DNA from: Candidatus Limnocylindria bacterium
GTDB lineage: Bacteria > Chloroflexota > Limnocylindria > P2-11E
Assembly (NCBI GenBank): GCA_038227105.1
Contig: JBBRQB010000004.1
Location: 1 to 63,375 of the forward strand
Length of the DNA stretch: 63,375 nucleotides
Direction: 5' to 3'
This document shows positions 25,502 through 33,617 of this stretch, in pieces; within the stretch, counting starts at the first letter, position 1; each line of letters begins with the position of its first letter. Both the position numbers and the translations under genes were made by a program. The notes below the pieces were generated by a model, which did not search any database, had not been told where the DNA came from, and saw only the letters and a list, made by a program, of their open reading frames with translations.

Positions 25502-26811
25502 GACTTCTTCGCGAGGCGGTCTTCCATCGAGGTCTGAACCCTTTGGCGCGTTTCGGTGCTGCTATCGATGAGCTCTTTGAACCCGTCCGCGTCGAGCTCG
25601 AGCACCTCGCTCGGTGCCATCGCGCGCACGGTCGCGTTGCGCGGCGCTCCGGTCAGGAGACCGATCTCGCCGAAGAAGTCTCCGGGCTTGAGCGTCGAGA
25701 CCTCACGCTCGCCATCAGGTCCGTTCTGGCGCACGCTCGCGGCGCCCTTCGTGAGGATCATGAACGAGCTGGCCGGATCGCCTTCGCGCATGATCGTCTG
25801 GCCAGCGAGGAACCGGCGGAGCTTCATGCGCTCGACCTCGCGCTCGAGCACCTCGCTCTTCGCTTCGGGGAAGCTGCGGCGCATGTGCTTGAGCTCTTCG
25901 ATGTATCGCTCAGCGTGGAGCACCGCGGTCGTGGCGTCGCCGACGGCCGTCGTCACCTGCTTCGCGAGCTGCGCCCGTGTGTCGCCACAGGCGTACACGC
26001 CGGGGATGTTCGTGCGCATGTACTGGTCCGTGAGGAGATACCCGTTCTCGTCGTGGTCGATGTGCTCGTCGAAGAGGTGCCGCCCCACGGGCTTGAAGCC
26101 AATGAAGACGAACACGCCACCCACGGGCACCCGTTCGATGGCGCCGTCACGCTCGACGTCCATCCAGCGCACCTGGGTGTCGCCGCCGATCTCCTTGACG
26201 GTCGCGGGCGTGATGGCGTTGACCGTGTCCATCCCGAGCAGCCGGTCCTGCAGCACACCTTGGGCGCGGAACTCGTTGCGGCGGTGGACGAGGCTCAGCT
26301 TCTTCGCGAAGCGCGTCAGGAAGAGGCCCTCCTGGAAGGCGGAGTCGCCCCCGCCGATCACCGCGAGGTCCTCGCCCTTGAAGAACGCGCCGTCGCAGAC
26401 CGCGCAGTACGAAACGCCCCTGCCGTGGAACTCCGCTTCGCCCGGTACGCCAAGCTTGATCGGCTCACCGCCGACGGTGACGATGACGGCGTACGTGCGA
26501 TAGGTCGTGCCATCGTCCATCACGATGACCTTCCAGTCGCCATCGCTGGTGATCTTCTTGACGGGCGAATAGGTCTGGATCTTCAGGCCGAACTTCGTCG
26601 CGTGCGCGCCCATTTTCTCGGCGAGCTCGCGGCCGGTCACCGACTCGAAGCCGGGGTAATCCTCAATGAGATCGGTATTTAGGAGCTCGCCACCGATATC
26701 CTTCGCCTCGAGCAGGACGGTCTTCATGTTGGCCCGTGCGGCGTAGAGCCCGGCGGTCAGGCCGGCGGGGCCTCCGCCGATGATGACGAGGTCGTAATCA
26801 GTGGTTGCCAT
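25498..26811 (-). CDS. trxB: Thioredoxin-disulfide reductase fused to a C-terminal cyclic-nucleotide-binding domain
   Basis: GGGPAG, CAVC redox motif, GGGDSA, HRRNEFRA, GD..Q-x-x-TA; C-terminal EGD...FFGEIGLL...PRNATVRA. Confidence 0.9.
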   Translation of the reverse strand: MATTDYDLVIIGGGPAGLTAGLYAARANMKTVLLEAKDIGGELLNTDLIEDYPGFESVTGRELAEKMGAHATKFGLKIQTYSPVKKITSDGDWKVIVMDDGTTYRTYAVIVTVGGEPIKLGVPGEAEFHGRGVSYCAVCDGAFFKGEDLAVIGGGDSAFQEGLFLTRFAKKLSLVHRRNEFRAQGVLQDRLLGMDTVNAITPATVKEIGGDTQVRWMDVERDGAIERVPVGGVFVFIGFKPVGRHLFDEHIDHDENGYLLTDQYMRTNIPGVYACGDTRAQLAKQVTTAVGDATTAVLHAERYIEELKHMRRSFPEAKSEVLEREVERMKLRRFLAGQTIMREGDPASSFMILTKGAASVRQNGPDGEREVSTLKPGDFFGEIGLLTGAPRNATVRAMAPSEVLELDADGFKELIDSSTETRQRVQTSMEDRLAKKS

Positions 26812-26834
26812 AGATAGACGACACTAGAACACCT

Positions 26835-27440
26835 ATGACCCCAACTTCTATTCGTTACCTCGCGCTTGGCGACTCCTTCACCATCGGAACGGGCATCCAG
26901 ACTGAGCGCGCGTTCCCCGCGGTGCTCGCCCAGAAGTGGCGCGACGCCGGTTACCAGGTCGAGCTCCTGAATCCGGCGAAGAACGGATACACGACGGACG
27001 ATCTCATCGTCCAGGTGCTGCCACACGCCGTCAGCTTCGCCCCGACCTTCGTGACGGTGCTGATCGGCGCGAACGACATCGTCCGCGGCAGCGACGACTC
27101 GCGCTTCCGGGAGCAGATCCGCCGGATCCACCGCGGCCTGCGCACAGCGTCGATCGACGCGAAGGCGGTCATCGTGCTGCCGCAGCCGGAGTGGTCGCGG
27201 TCGCCCGCGGCATCGCCCTACGGCACCCCCGAGTCGCTGCGGACCCGCATCGAGCACTTCAACGCGATCGTGGCCGAGGAGGCCGAGGTCGCCGGCAGCC
27301 GCTACCTCGACCTGTACCCGCTGATGAAACGTCAGGCCGCGGCCGAGATGCTCGCCACCGACGAGCTCCACCCGAACACCGAGGCCCACGCGGAGTGGGC
27401 TGCCGCGCTCGCGATCTATCTTCCCGCCGCCGTGGCGTAG
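26835..27440 (+). CDS. SGNH/GDSL hydrolase
   Basis: LGDSFT (block I), G-x-T-T, GAND (block III), DELHP (block V). Confidence 0.93.
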   Translation: MTPTSIRYLALGDSFTIGTGIQTERAFPAVLAQKWRDAGYQVELLNPAKNGYTTDDLIVQVLPHAVSFAPTFVTVLIGANDIVRGSDDSRFREQIRRIHRGLRTASIDAKAVIVLPQPEWSRSPAASPYGTPESLRTRIEHFNAIVAEEAEVAGSRYLDLYPLMKRQAAAEMLATDELHPNTEAHAEWAAALAIYLPAAVA

Positions 27441-27471
27441 GCTGCCCTCTTCGCACGAACAGGGAGGACCC

Positions 27472-27825
27472 ATGGACGCCAAGCGTGCACGTGAGCTGGT
27501 CGCTGCCGAGCGAAAGAGGATCGAAGACGGGCTGCGCCGGCTGAACGCCGATGTCGCCGGCGAAGCCGACCTCCATCAACAGCAGACCGGCGAGGCGAAC
27601 GAGGCAGGAACGGATCTCGACCGCGAGGAGGTCGACCTGGCGCTCCTCGAGGATCTGCGCGAGGAGCTGAAGACCGTCGCACGTGCCGAGGCGCGGATCA
27701 CGGCGGGGACCTACGGGAAGTCCGTCGAGAGCGGCGCCCCGATCGACGACGACCGACTCGAGGCGGCGCCGCTCGCCGAACGGACCGTCGAGGAGCAACG
27801 GCGATTCGAGAAGGAAGCGCGCTAG
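27472..27825 (+). CDS. DksA/TraR family protein lacking all four zinc-finger cysteines
   Basis: Coiled coil followed by A-x-x-RI-x-x-GTYGKSVESG-x-x-I-x-x-x-RLEA-x-P-x-A-x-RTVEEQ; GGAGG SD. Confidence 0.85.
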   Translation: MDAKRARELVAAERKRIEDGLRRLNADVAGEADLHQQQTGEANEAGTDLDREEVDLALLEDLREELKTVARAEARITAGTYGKSVESGAPIDDDRLEAAPLAERTVEEQRRFEKEAR

Positions 27826-27831
27826 CGCGCG

Positions 27832-28569
27832 TCAGACGCGCGCGGTCACCGGTATCGCGGCGCCGGTGATACCCGACGTCTCGGTGCTCGTGAGGAACAG
27901 GATCAACGCGGCCGCCTCGGAGGGCTGGACCCACGTCTTCGGATCCGCCTTCGGCATGTTCGCGCGATTCACCGGATGGTCGATGGTGCCGGGAAGGATC
28001 GCGTTCACGGTGATGCCCTGGTCCTTGGTCTCCGCGGCGAGCGCCTCGGTCCAGCGGACGACCGCGCTCTTCGCCATGGAGTAGCCGGCAGCGTTGCGGC
28101 CCCCCTTGAGCGCTGCGGCCGCGGACACCGACACGATGCGCCCGTACGCGCGGGCGCGCATCGGCACGAGGCAGGCGGCCGCGGGTACCACGACGGACGC
28201 GACGTTCTGCTCCCAGAGATCACGGATCCGATCGATGTCGTCGGCAAGGCCATTGCCGAATCCGCCGGCCAAGCTCGCGAGCACGTCGAGGCGACCCCAG
28301 GTCCGCATCACCCGCTCCACGAATGCATCCATGTGCGCGCGATCCGCGAGGGCCGCCTCCGCGACCAGGAGCCGCGGATCGTCCGCGGTGCCCGTCAGCT
28401 CGCCGAGCGACGCCCTGAGCGCGTCGGCCTTGCCCGCGTCCCGGACCGGGACGGCGACATGCGCGCCGGCCTCGAGATAGGCCCGCACCACGGCGTGGCC
28501 GAGGTTGCCCGTGGCGCCCGTGACGACCACGCTGCGCCGTTCGTAGTGCAGGGGTTCCGGTCGGGCCAC
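27832..28569 (-). CDS. Short-chain dehydrogenase/reductase (SDR)
   Basis: TGATGNLG, YSMAK (YxxxK), NAILPG; TAGTCT-N6-GTG. Confidence 0.93.
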   Translation of the reverse strand: MARPEPLHYERRSVVVTGATGNLGHAVVRAYLEAGAHVAVPVRDAGKADALRASLGELTGTADDPRLLVAEAALADRAHMDAFVERVMRTWGRLDVLASLAGGFGNGLADDIDRIRDLWEQNVASVVVPAAACLVPMRARAYGRIVSVSAAAALKGGRNAAGYSMAKSAVVRWTEALAAETKDQGITVNAILPGTIDHPVNRANMPKADPKTWVQPSEAAALILFLTSTETSGITGAAIPVTARV

Positions 28570-28588
28570 CCGCCTAGACTAGTCACGG

Positions 28589-30520
28589 ATGACCCTCCTC
28601 GAGCGGATCGAGGGCCCGGAGGATCTCCGTGGCCTCGACCGCGATCAGCTCACCCAGCTCTGCCGTGAGATCCGTGAGTTCACGGTCGACGCCGTCCAGA
28701 AGACCGGCGGCCACATCAGCTCGAGCCTCGGCGCCACCGAGCTGACCGTCGCACTGCACCGCGTGTTCAGCTCGCCGGCCGACAAGCTGGTCTGGGACAC
28801 CGGGCACCAGGGCTACGTGCACAAGCTCCTGACCGGACGGCGCGCCCGCTTCGACACGCTTCGGCAGTTCGGCGGCATCTCCGGCTTCCTCGCACGCAGC
28901 GAGTCCGAGCACGACCAGTTCGGAGCCGGCCACGCCGGCACGTCGATCTCCGCCGCGCAGGGTATGGCCGTGGCGCGCGATCTGAACGGGGGCCACGAGC
29001 ACGTCGTCGCGATCATCGGCGACGGGGCATTGACGGCGGGCATGGCCTGGGAGGCGATGAACGACATCGGCGCGCGGCGCACGCGGATGATCGTCGTCCT
29101 CAACGACAACGGCATGAGCATCGCTCCGAACGTGGGCGCGGTGTCGCGGATGCTCGAGAACGTGCGCACGGCGAGCCCGTATCGCGAGCTCAAGCATGTC
29201 GCGCGCAGCGTGCTCGAGCACATGCCCGCCGGCGACCTCGCCGAGGAGGCGCGCCGCCGGCTGTTCACCTCGCTCAAGGCGATCTTCATCCCGAACATCC
29301 TGTTCGAGCAGTTCGGCTTCACGTACTTCGGGCCGGTGAACGGGCATGACCTCGACGCGGTCGAGAGCGTCTTGAAGAAGGCGCGCGACTTCCGCGACGG
29401 CCCGGTGTTCGTGCACCTGCACACGCAGAAAGGCCATGGGTACGGTCCGGCCGAAGAGGACAACCAGAAGTGGCACGGCGTGGCCCCGCAGGGATCGGGT
29501 GTCCGGTCAGGCGCCGCCGAGAAGCATCCGCAGCCCGCGATCGCGCCCCAGTACACGAAGGTGTTCGCCGACGCGGTGGCCGAGGCGATGCGCCGCGAGC
29601 AGAAGGTCGTCGCGATCACCGCCGCGATGCCCGCGGGCACCGGCTTGACGCCCCTGTTCAAGGAGTTCCCCGCCCGACTCTTCGATGTCGGCATCTGCGA
29701 GCAGCACGCGGTGACGTTCGCTGCGGGGCTCGCGACCCAGGGCATCATCCCGATCGTCGCCATCTACTCGACGTTCCTGCAGCGCGGCTTCGATCAGGTC
29801 GTGCACGACGTCGCGATCCAGGAGCTTCCGGTGATCTTCGCGATGGACCGCGGCGGCATCGTCGGCGATGACGGGCGCACCCACCAGGGCCTGTTCGACA
29901 TCGCCTTCCTGCGTCCGCTGCCTGGCATGGTGCTCATGGCGCCGAAGGACGAAGCGGAGCTCCGTCAGATGGTGTGGACCGCGGTGGGGTACGCGCGATC
30001 CGGCGGCGGTCCGATCGCATTCCGGTACCCCCGCGGCAACGGCGTCGGCGCGTCACTCGAGGCGCCGCTCGCGGAGCTGCCGATCGGCATCTCCGAGACG
30101 CTCCGCGAGGGGAACGACGTCGCGATCCTGGCCTACGGCACGATCGTCGGCCCGGCGCTCGCGGCGGCCGAGGCGCTTGCCGCTGACGGCATCGAGGCGA
30201 CCGTCGTGAACGCGCGCTTCGCCAAGCCCCTGGACGCCGAGCGCTACCTGGCGCTCGCGGCGCGCGTCGGCCGCGTCCTCACGGTCGAGGAGCACGTGGC
30301 GGCCGGCGGATTCGGCAGCGCGGTGAGCGAGCTGTTCGTCGAACGCGGCGCGAAGGTCGAGCTCGAGATCCTGGGCGTGCCCGACGAATGGGTCGATCAC
30401 GGCGGGCAGAACCTCTGGCGCAAGCACTTCGGCCTGGATGCCGAGGGGATCGCCGCGGCGGTCCGCCGCCGCTGGCCGCAGCTCGCGCATCCCGTCGAGC
30501 AGCGTGAGAGCGCCGGCTAG
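28589..30520 (+). CDS. dxs: 1-deoxy-D-xylulose-5-phosphate synthase
   Basis: GGH, WDTGHQ, GHAGTSISA, GDGALTAG ThDP motif, NDNGMSI, ICEQHA, YSTFLQR, DRGGIVGDDG-x-TH. Confidence 0.98.
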   Translation: MTLLERIEGPEDLRGLDRDQLTQLCREIREFTVDAVQKTGGHISSSLGATELTVALHRVFSSPADKLVWDTGHQGYVHKLLTGRRARFDTLRQFGGISGFLARSESEHDQFGAGHAGTSISAAQGMAVARDLNGGHEHVVAIIGDGALTAGMAWEAMNDIGARRTRMIVVLNDNGMSIAPNVGAVSRMLENVRTASPYRELKHVARSVLEHMPAGDLAEEARRRLFTSLKAIFIPNILFEQFGFTYFGPVNGHDLDAVESVLKKARDFRDGPVFVHLHTQKGHGYGPAEEDNQKWHGVAPQGSGVRSGAAEKHPQPAIAPQYTKVFADAVAEAMRREQKVVAITAAMPAGTGLTPLFKEFPARLFDVGICEQHAVTFAAGLATQGIIPIVAIYSTFLQRGFDQVVHDVAIQELPVIFAMDRGGIVGDDGRTHQGLFDIAFLRPLPGMVLMAPKDEAELRQMVWTAVGYARSGGGPIAFRYPRGNGVGASLEAPLAELPIGISETLREGNDVAILAYGTIVGPALAAAEALAADGIEATVVNARFAKPLDAERYLALAARVGRVLTVEEHVAAGGFGSAVSELFVERGAKVELEILGVPDEWVDHGGQNLWRKHFGLDAEGIAAAVRRRWPQLAHPVEQRESAG

Positions 30521-30531
30521 ACCCGTTCGCG

Positions 30532-31089
30532 ATGCCTGACCCGCGCATCCTGCCGGTCAACGGCGACGACCTTCTCGCGCTGAAGGACGAGGTCAGCAGG
30601 GTGCACGCGGAGGTCTCCGGCACACCGCCCACGAGCGAAGGTCCCGCGGAGTTCGCTGCGTTCGAGGCCTCGCTGCCCGCGCACGTGCGCAAGCCGGGCT
30701 TCCGAGCGTGCACCGCGCGCGCGGACGACGGCCGGCTCGTGGCCTTCGCCTACGGCTGGGAGGGCGGCCCGGGAGACTGGTGGTGGGACATCGCCGCGGG
30801 CGCCGTCAACGAGGACGTGCGGCGCCGCTGGTTCGCGGACTGCTTCGAGCTCGCGGAGCTTGCGGTGCTGCCCGCGTTCCGGCGCGCCGGGCTTGGGGCG
30901 GCGCTGCATGACACGCTCCTCGCTGCGACCGATCGTCCGCACGCGGTGTTGTCGACGCGGAGCGAAGCCGGTGACGCGCTCGCCTTCTACGCGACGAAAG
31001 GCTGGAGGACGGTCGTAGCTGCGATGCGATTCCCCGGCAGCGACGCCTCGTTCGCGATCCTCGTGCGGGACCGCCCAGTAGAGGACTAG
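30532..31089 (+). CDS. GNAT family N-acetyltransferase
   Basis: LAELAVLP-x-FRRAGLG acetyl-CoA motif A; FY-x-x-x-GW. Confidence 0.9.
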   Translation: MPDPRILPVNGDDLLALKDEVSRVHAEVSGTPPTSEGPAEFAAFEASLPAHVRKPGFRACTARADDGRLVAFAYGWEGGPGDWWWDIAAGAVNEDVRRRWFADCFELAELAVLPAFRRAGLGAALHDTLLAATDRPHAVLSTRSEAGDALAFYATKGWRTVVAAMRFPGSDASFAILVRDRPVED

Positions 31090-31484
31090 CTGGCGATCGC
31101 GACCTCGGGCCGGCGGGGTGCCGAGGCGATCGCGGCGCTCACGGCCGCGGTGAGCTGCTCCAGATCGAACGGCTTCTCGAGCACGGCGACGTCCAGCTGC
31201 GCGAGCTTTCCGCGCGCGAAGGCGAGCGACGCAAGCGCTGCGGAGCAGATGATGACCGGGATGTCCCGGGTCCGCGGGTCGAGCGTGAGAATGTCGAGCT
31301 GCCTCCAGCCGGAGCTCTCGCCGTGGAGGAAGAGGTCGAGGATCACGACGTCGGCGCCGCTGTGCCGGACATCGCCGAATGCGTCCGCCGTTGCGCTGAC
31401 CGCATAGCCCTCTGCCTCGAGCGCGGCGACGATCGTCGTGCGCGTGTCGTCATCGTCCTCGATGACGAAGACCCGCCTCTGCAT
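31086..31484 (-). CDS. Stand-alone response-regulator receiver domain
   Basis: VIEDD, VILDLFL, CSA, EKPF; coupled to the DUF5667 gene. Confidence 0.88.
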   Translation of the reverse strand: MQRRVFVIEDDDDTRTTIVAALEAEGYAVSATADAFGDVRHSGADVVILDLFLHGESSGWRQLDILTLDPRTRDIPVIICSAALASLAFARGKLAQLDVAVLEKPFDLEQLTAAVSAAIASAPRRPEVAIAS

Positions 31485-32224
31485 CAGCGTCGGACCGAGG
31501 GCTGCGCCGAGCGTGTGGGTTCGGGCGTGCGGCCCGGCGTCGCGGTCTTCGTCGGCTGCGGCGTACGCGTGCGTTCCGGCTGATCGGTGGGCTCGGCCGT
31601 CCGCGCGGGCCTGCCGGACGCGTGCAGCTTCTCGGACTCATCCTTCGCCCGGTCGATGTCCCGCTGCTCGTCGTCGCTGCTCGTGACCTGCTGATCGAGC
31701 TGCTCGAGCACGGCGCTGTGCTTCAGGTGCGCCGCGTCGACGATGTCCTCGGCGGCGGTCCTCTTGTCCTCGCTGGCGGTCGGCTCCGCGCGCACGGCAT
31801 CGACCTGCTTCGTCAGCGTGGCGACAGCCTGCGCGTACTCGGCCTGCGCGATCGGCGTCGTGGTCGCGCGATGCGTCTCGATGGACACCGCGAGCTCAAC
31901 GAGACGGTGGTCGGAATGCTCGGCGAGGATCTGGAGACGCGTGGTGTCGTCGATGGCGAACGCGAGCTGGACCTGCTCGGCCGCGCGCTTGAGCGGGAAC
32001 GCGACGTCGCCCGGGAGGCTGTCGGCCGCCGCCTTGCCGGCCCCACCGAGGAGGAGGAGCACGACCGCGGCGACGGCGAGAGCCGGACGCATGAAGAGGC
32101 GCTGGAAGCGCGACCACGTCGTCTCGCGGCCGACGAGCGTCGTCGCGGCCTGAGACATGAGCTGGGAGCGAAGCGCGCGCTTGAACGCGTCGCGCGGCTC
32201 CGGGCGCTGAAGCATGTCGCTCAT
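31484..32224 (-). CDS. DUF5667-like single-TM protein, putative anti-sigma factor
   Basis: P-x-x-x-FK-x-x-LR cytoplasmic N-terminus, one TM helix, SLPGD-x-x-FPLKRAAEQ, Pro/Thr-rich tail; directly after the ECF sigma gene. Confidence 0.8.
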   Translation of the reverse strand: MSDMLQRPEPRDAFKRALRSQLMSQAATTLVGRETTWSRFQRLFMRPALAVAAVVLLLLGGAGKAAADSLPGDVAFPLKRAAEQVQLAFAIDDTTRLQILAEHSDHRLVELAVSIETHRATTTPIAQAEYAQAVATLTKQVDAVRAEPTASEDKRTAAEDIVDAAHLKHSAVLEQLDQQVTSSDDEQRDIDRAKDESEKLHASGRPARTAEPTDQPERTRTPQPTKTATPGRTPEPTRSAQPSVRR

Positions 32225-32826
32225 GACAGCGACTCCCGCGACGGGATGAGCGCACGAAGCGCGGCGAGGGCGCGGAACTCGATCCCGCGAATGGTGCCGT
32301 CGCGCTTGTTCACGAGCTTGGAGATGGTCTTGGTGTCATAGCCCTCGACGTAGCGCAGCACGAGGATCTCCTGCTGGAGCGGCGTGAGCTGATGCATCGC
32401 CGTGCGGACCACGCCCGCGTCCGAGCCGGCGAGCAGGCCCGCGTTCGGGTCGATGGTCTGGTCACCCATCGGGTGCGCGAGCGCGTCCTCGAAGCTCACC
32501 TGCGTGCGCGCCTTCTGGCGACGGCTGCGGTCGATGACGGCGTTGCGGGCGATGCGATAGAGCCAGGCAAGGAATGCCTGGCGCGGCTCGTACTTCGGGA
32601 TCGCCCGAAGGGCCCGCATGAACACATCGCTCGTCACGTCTTCCGCCTCTGCTTCATTTCGCACCCGGTAGAACACGTACCGGTACACCTGATCCATGTA
32701 GCGGTCGTACAGGATGCCGAAGGCCTCGGCCTCGCCGGAGCTGGCGCGCCGGGCGAGGACGGCGTCCTCTTCCTGCTCAGCGGAATTAACGGCGGCTCCC
32801 GACCGACTGTTAGGAAGGTCCCCCAT
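32221..32826 (-). CDS. ECF RNA polymerase sigma factor (start 32826 or further upstream)
   Basis: Region 2 AEDVTSDVF and FLAWLYRIARN; region 4 LTPLQQEILVLRY...GY...IS. Confidence 0.93.
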   Translation of the reverse strand: MGDLPNSRSGAAVNSAEQEEDAVLARRASSGEAEAFGILYDRYMDQVYRYVFYRVRNEAEAEDVTSDVFMRALRAIPKYEPRQAFLAWLYRIARNAVIDRSRRQKARTQVSFEDALAHPMGDQTIDPNAGLLAGSDAGVVRTAMHQLTPLQQEILVLRYVEGYDTKTISKLVNKRDGTIRGIEFRALAALRALIPSRESLS

Positions 32827-32920
32827 GCCCACAAAACGGTAGTCGCCGCGGTTCAGCGCGGCTTCACCGACGAACGACCGAGCGAGCAAGGTCGGGGGTA
32901 AGATTGAGGGCAGATTCATA

Positions 32921-33012
32921 CACGACAGGGGAGCGCCTCAAGAGAGGCGCTGAGAGTGCGGGTGACCGCAGACCCTTGAACCTGATCTGAGTCATATCAG
33001 CGTAGGGAGTCG
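32921..33012 (+). ncRNA. TPP (THI-box) riboswitch
   Basis: GGGGAGC...GCTGAGA...GACCC-TTGAACCTGATC-x-x-x-x-TCAT-x-x-CAGCGTAGGGAG; P1 CGAC/GTCG; immediately upstream of ykoE. Confidence 0.96.
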
Positions 33013-33017
33013 AGATC

Positions 33018-33617
33018 ATGAAAAGTCCGCGCGCGTCCACTTCCCCATTCGCCTGGCGCACCGTCGACATCGTCGTGGCGGGCGTGATCGCCGTCGCGTT
33101 CGGGGTCGTCTTCTGGGCCTGGAACGCAGTCTGGGCGGCGACCACGCCCGCCTTCGCCGCGCTGCCCGCGACGCAGTACCTCATCTCCGGTGTCTGGTTG
33201 ATCCCCGCCGTCCTCGGCGGTTTCGTGATCCGCAAGCCCGGAGCGGCGCTCTTCTGCGAGATCCTCGCCGCCACGGTGTCGGCCTTGATCGGTTCGCAAT
33301 GGGGCCTCGACACGCTCGTGTCAGGCGTCGTCCAGGGTGCCGGCGCGGAGATCGTGTTCGCTGCCGTCCGCTACCAGAACTGGTCGCTGACGGTCGCGAT
33401 CATCGCCGGACTCGCCAGCGCGCTCTTCGGATATGTCCACGACATGATCGTGTACTACCCCGACCTCGACCTTGGCGGGTGGGCGATCTTCCTGCCCTTC
33501 TACCTCGTCTCCGCCGCGGTCATCACCGGCATCGGCTCGTACTACCTCACCCGGTCGCTCGCGCAGACGGGCGTCCTCGCGTCGTTCCCCTCCGGGGGGA
33601 CGCAGAGCCGGATCTGA
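33018..33617 (+). CDS. ykoE: ECF transporter S component, thiamine/HMP-related
   Basis: WRTVDIVVA, G-x-W, RKPGAA-x-x-x-E, G-x-x-QG-x-GAE; downstream of a TPP riboswitch. Confidence 0.88.
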   Translation: MKSPRASTSPFAWRTVDIVVAGVIAVAFGVVFWAWNAVWAATTPAFAALPATQYLISGVWLIPAVLGGFVIRKPGAALFCEILAATVSALIGSQWGLDTLVSGVVQGAGAEIVFAAVRYQNWSLTVAIIAGLASALFGYVHDMIVYYPDLDLGGWAIFLPFYLVSAAVITGIGSYYLTRSLAQTGVLASFPSGGTQSRI

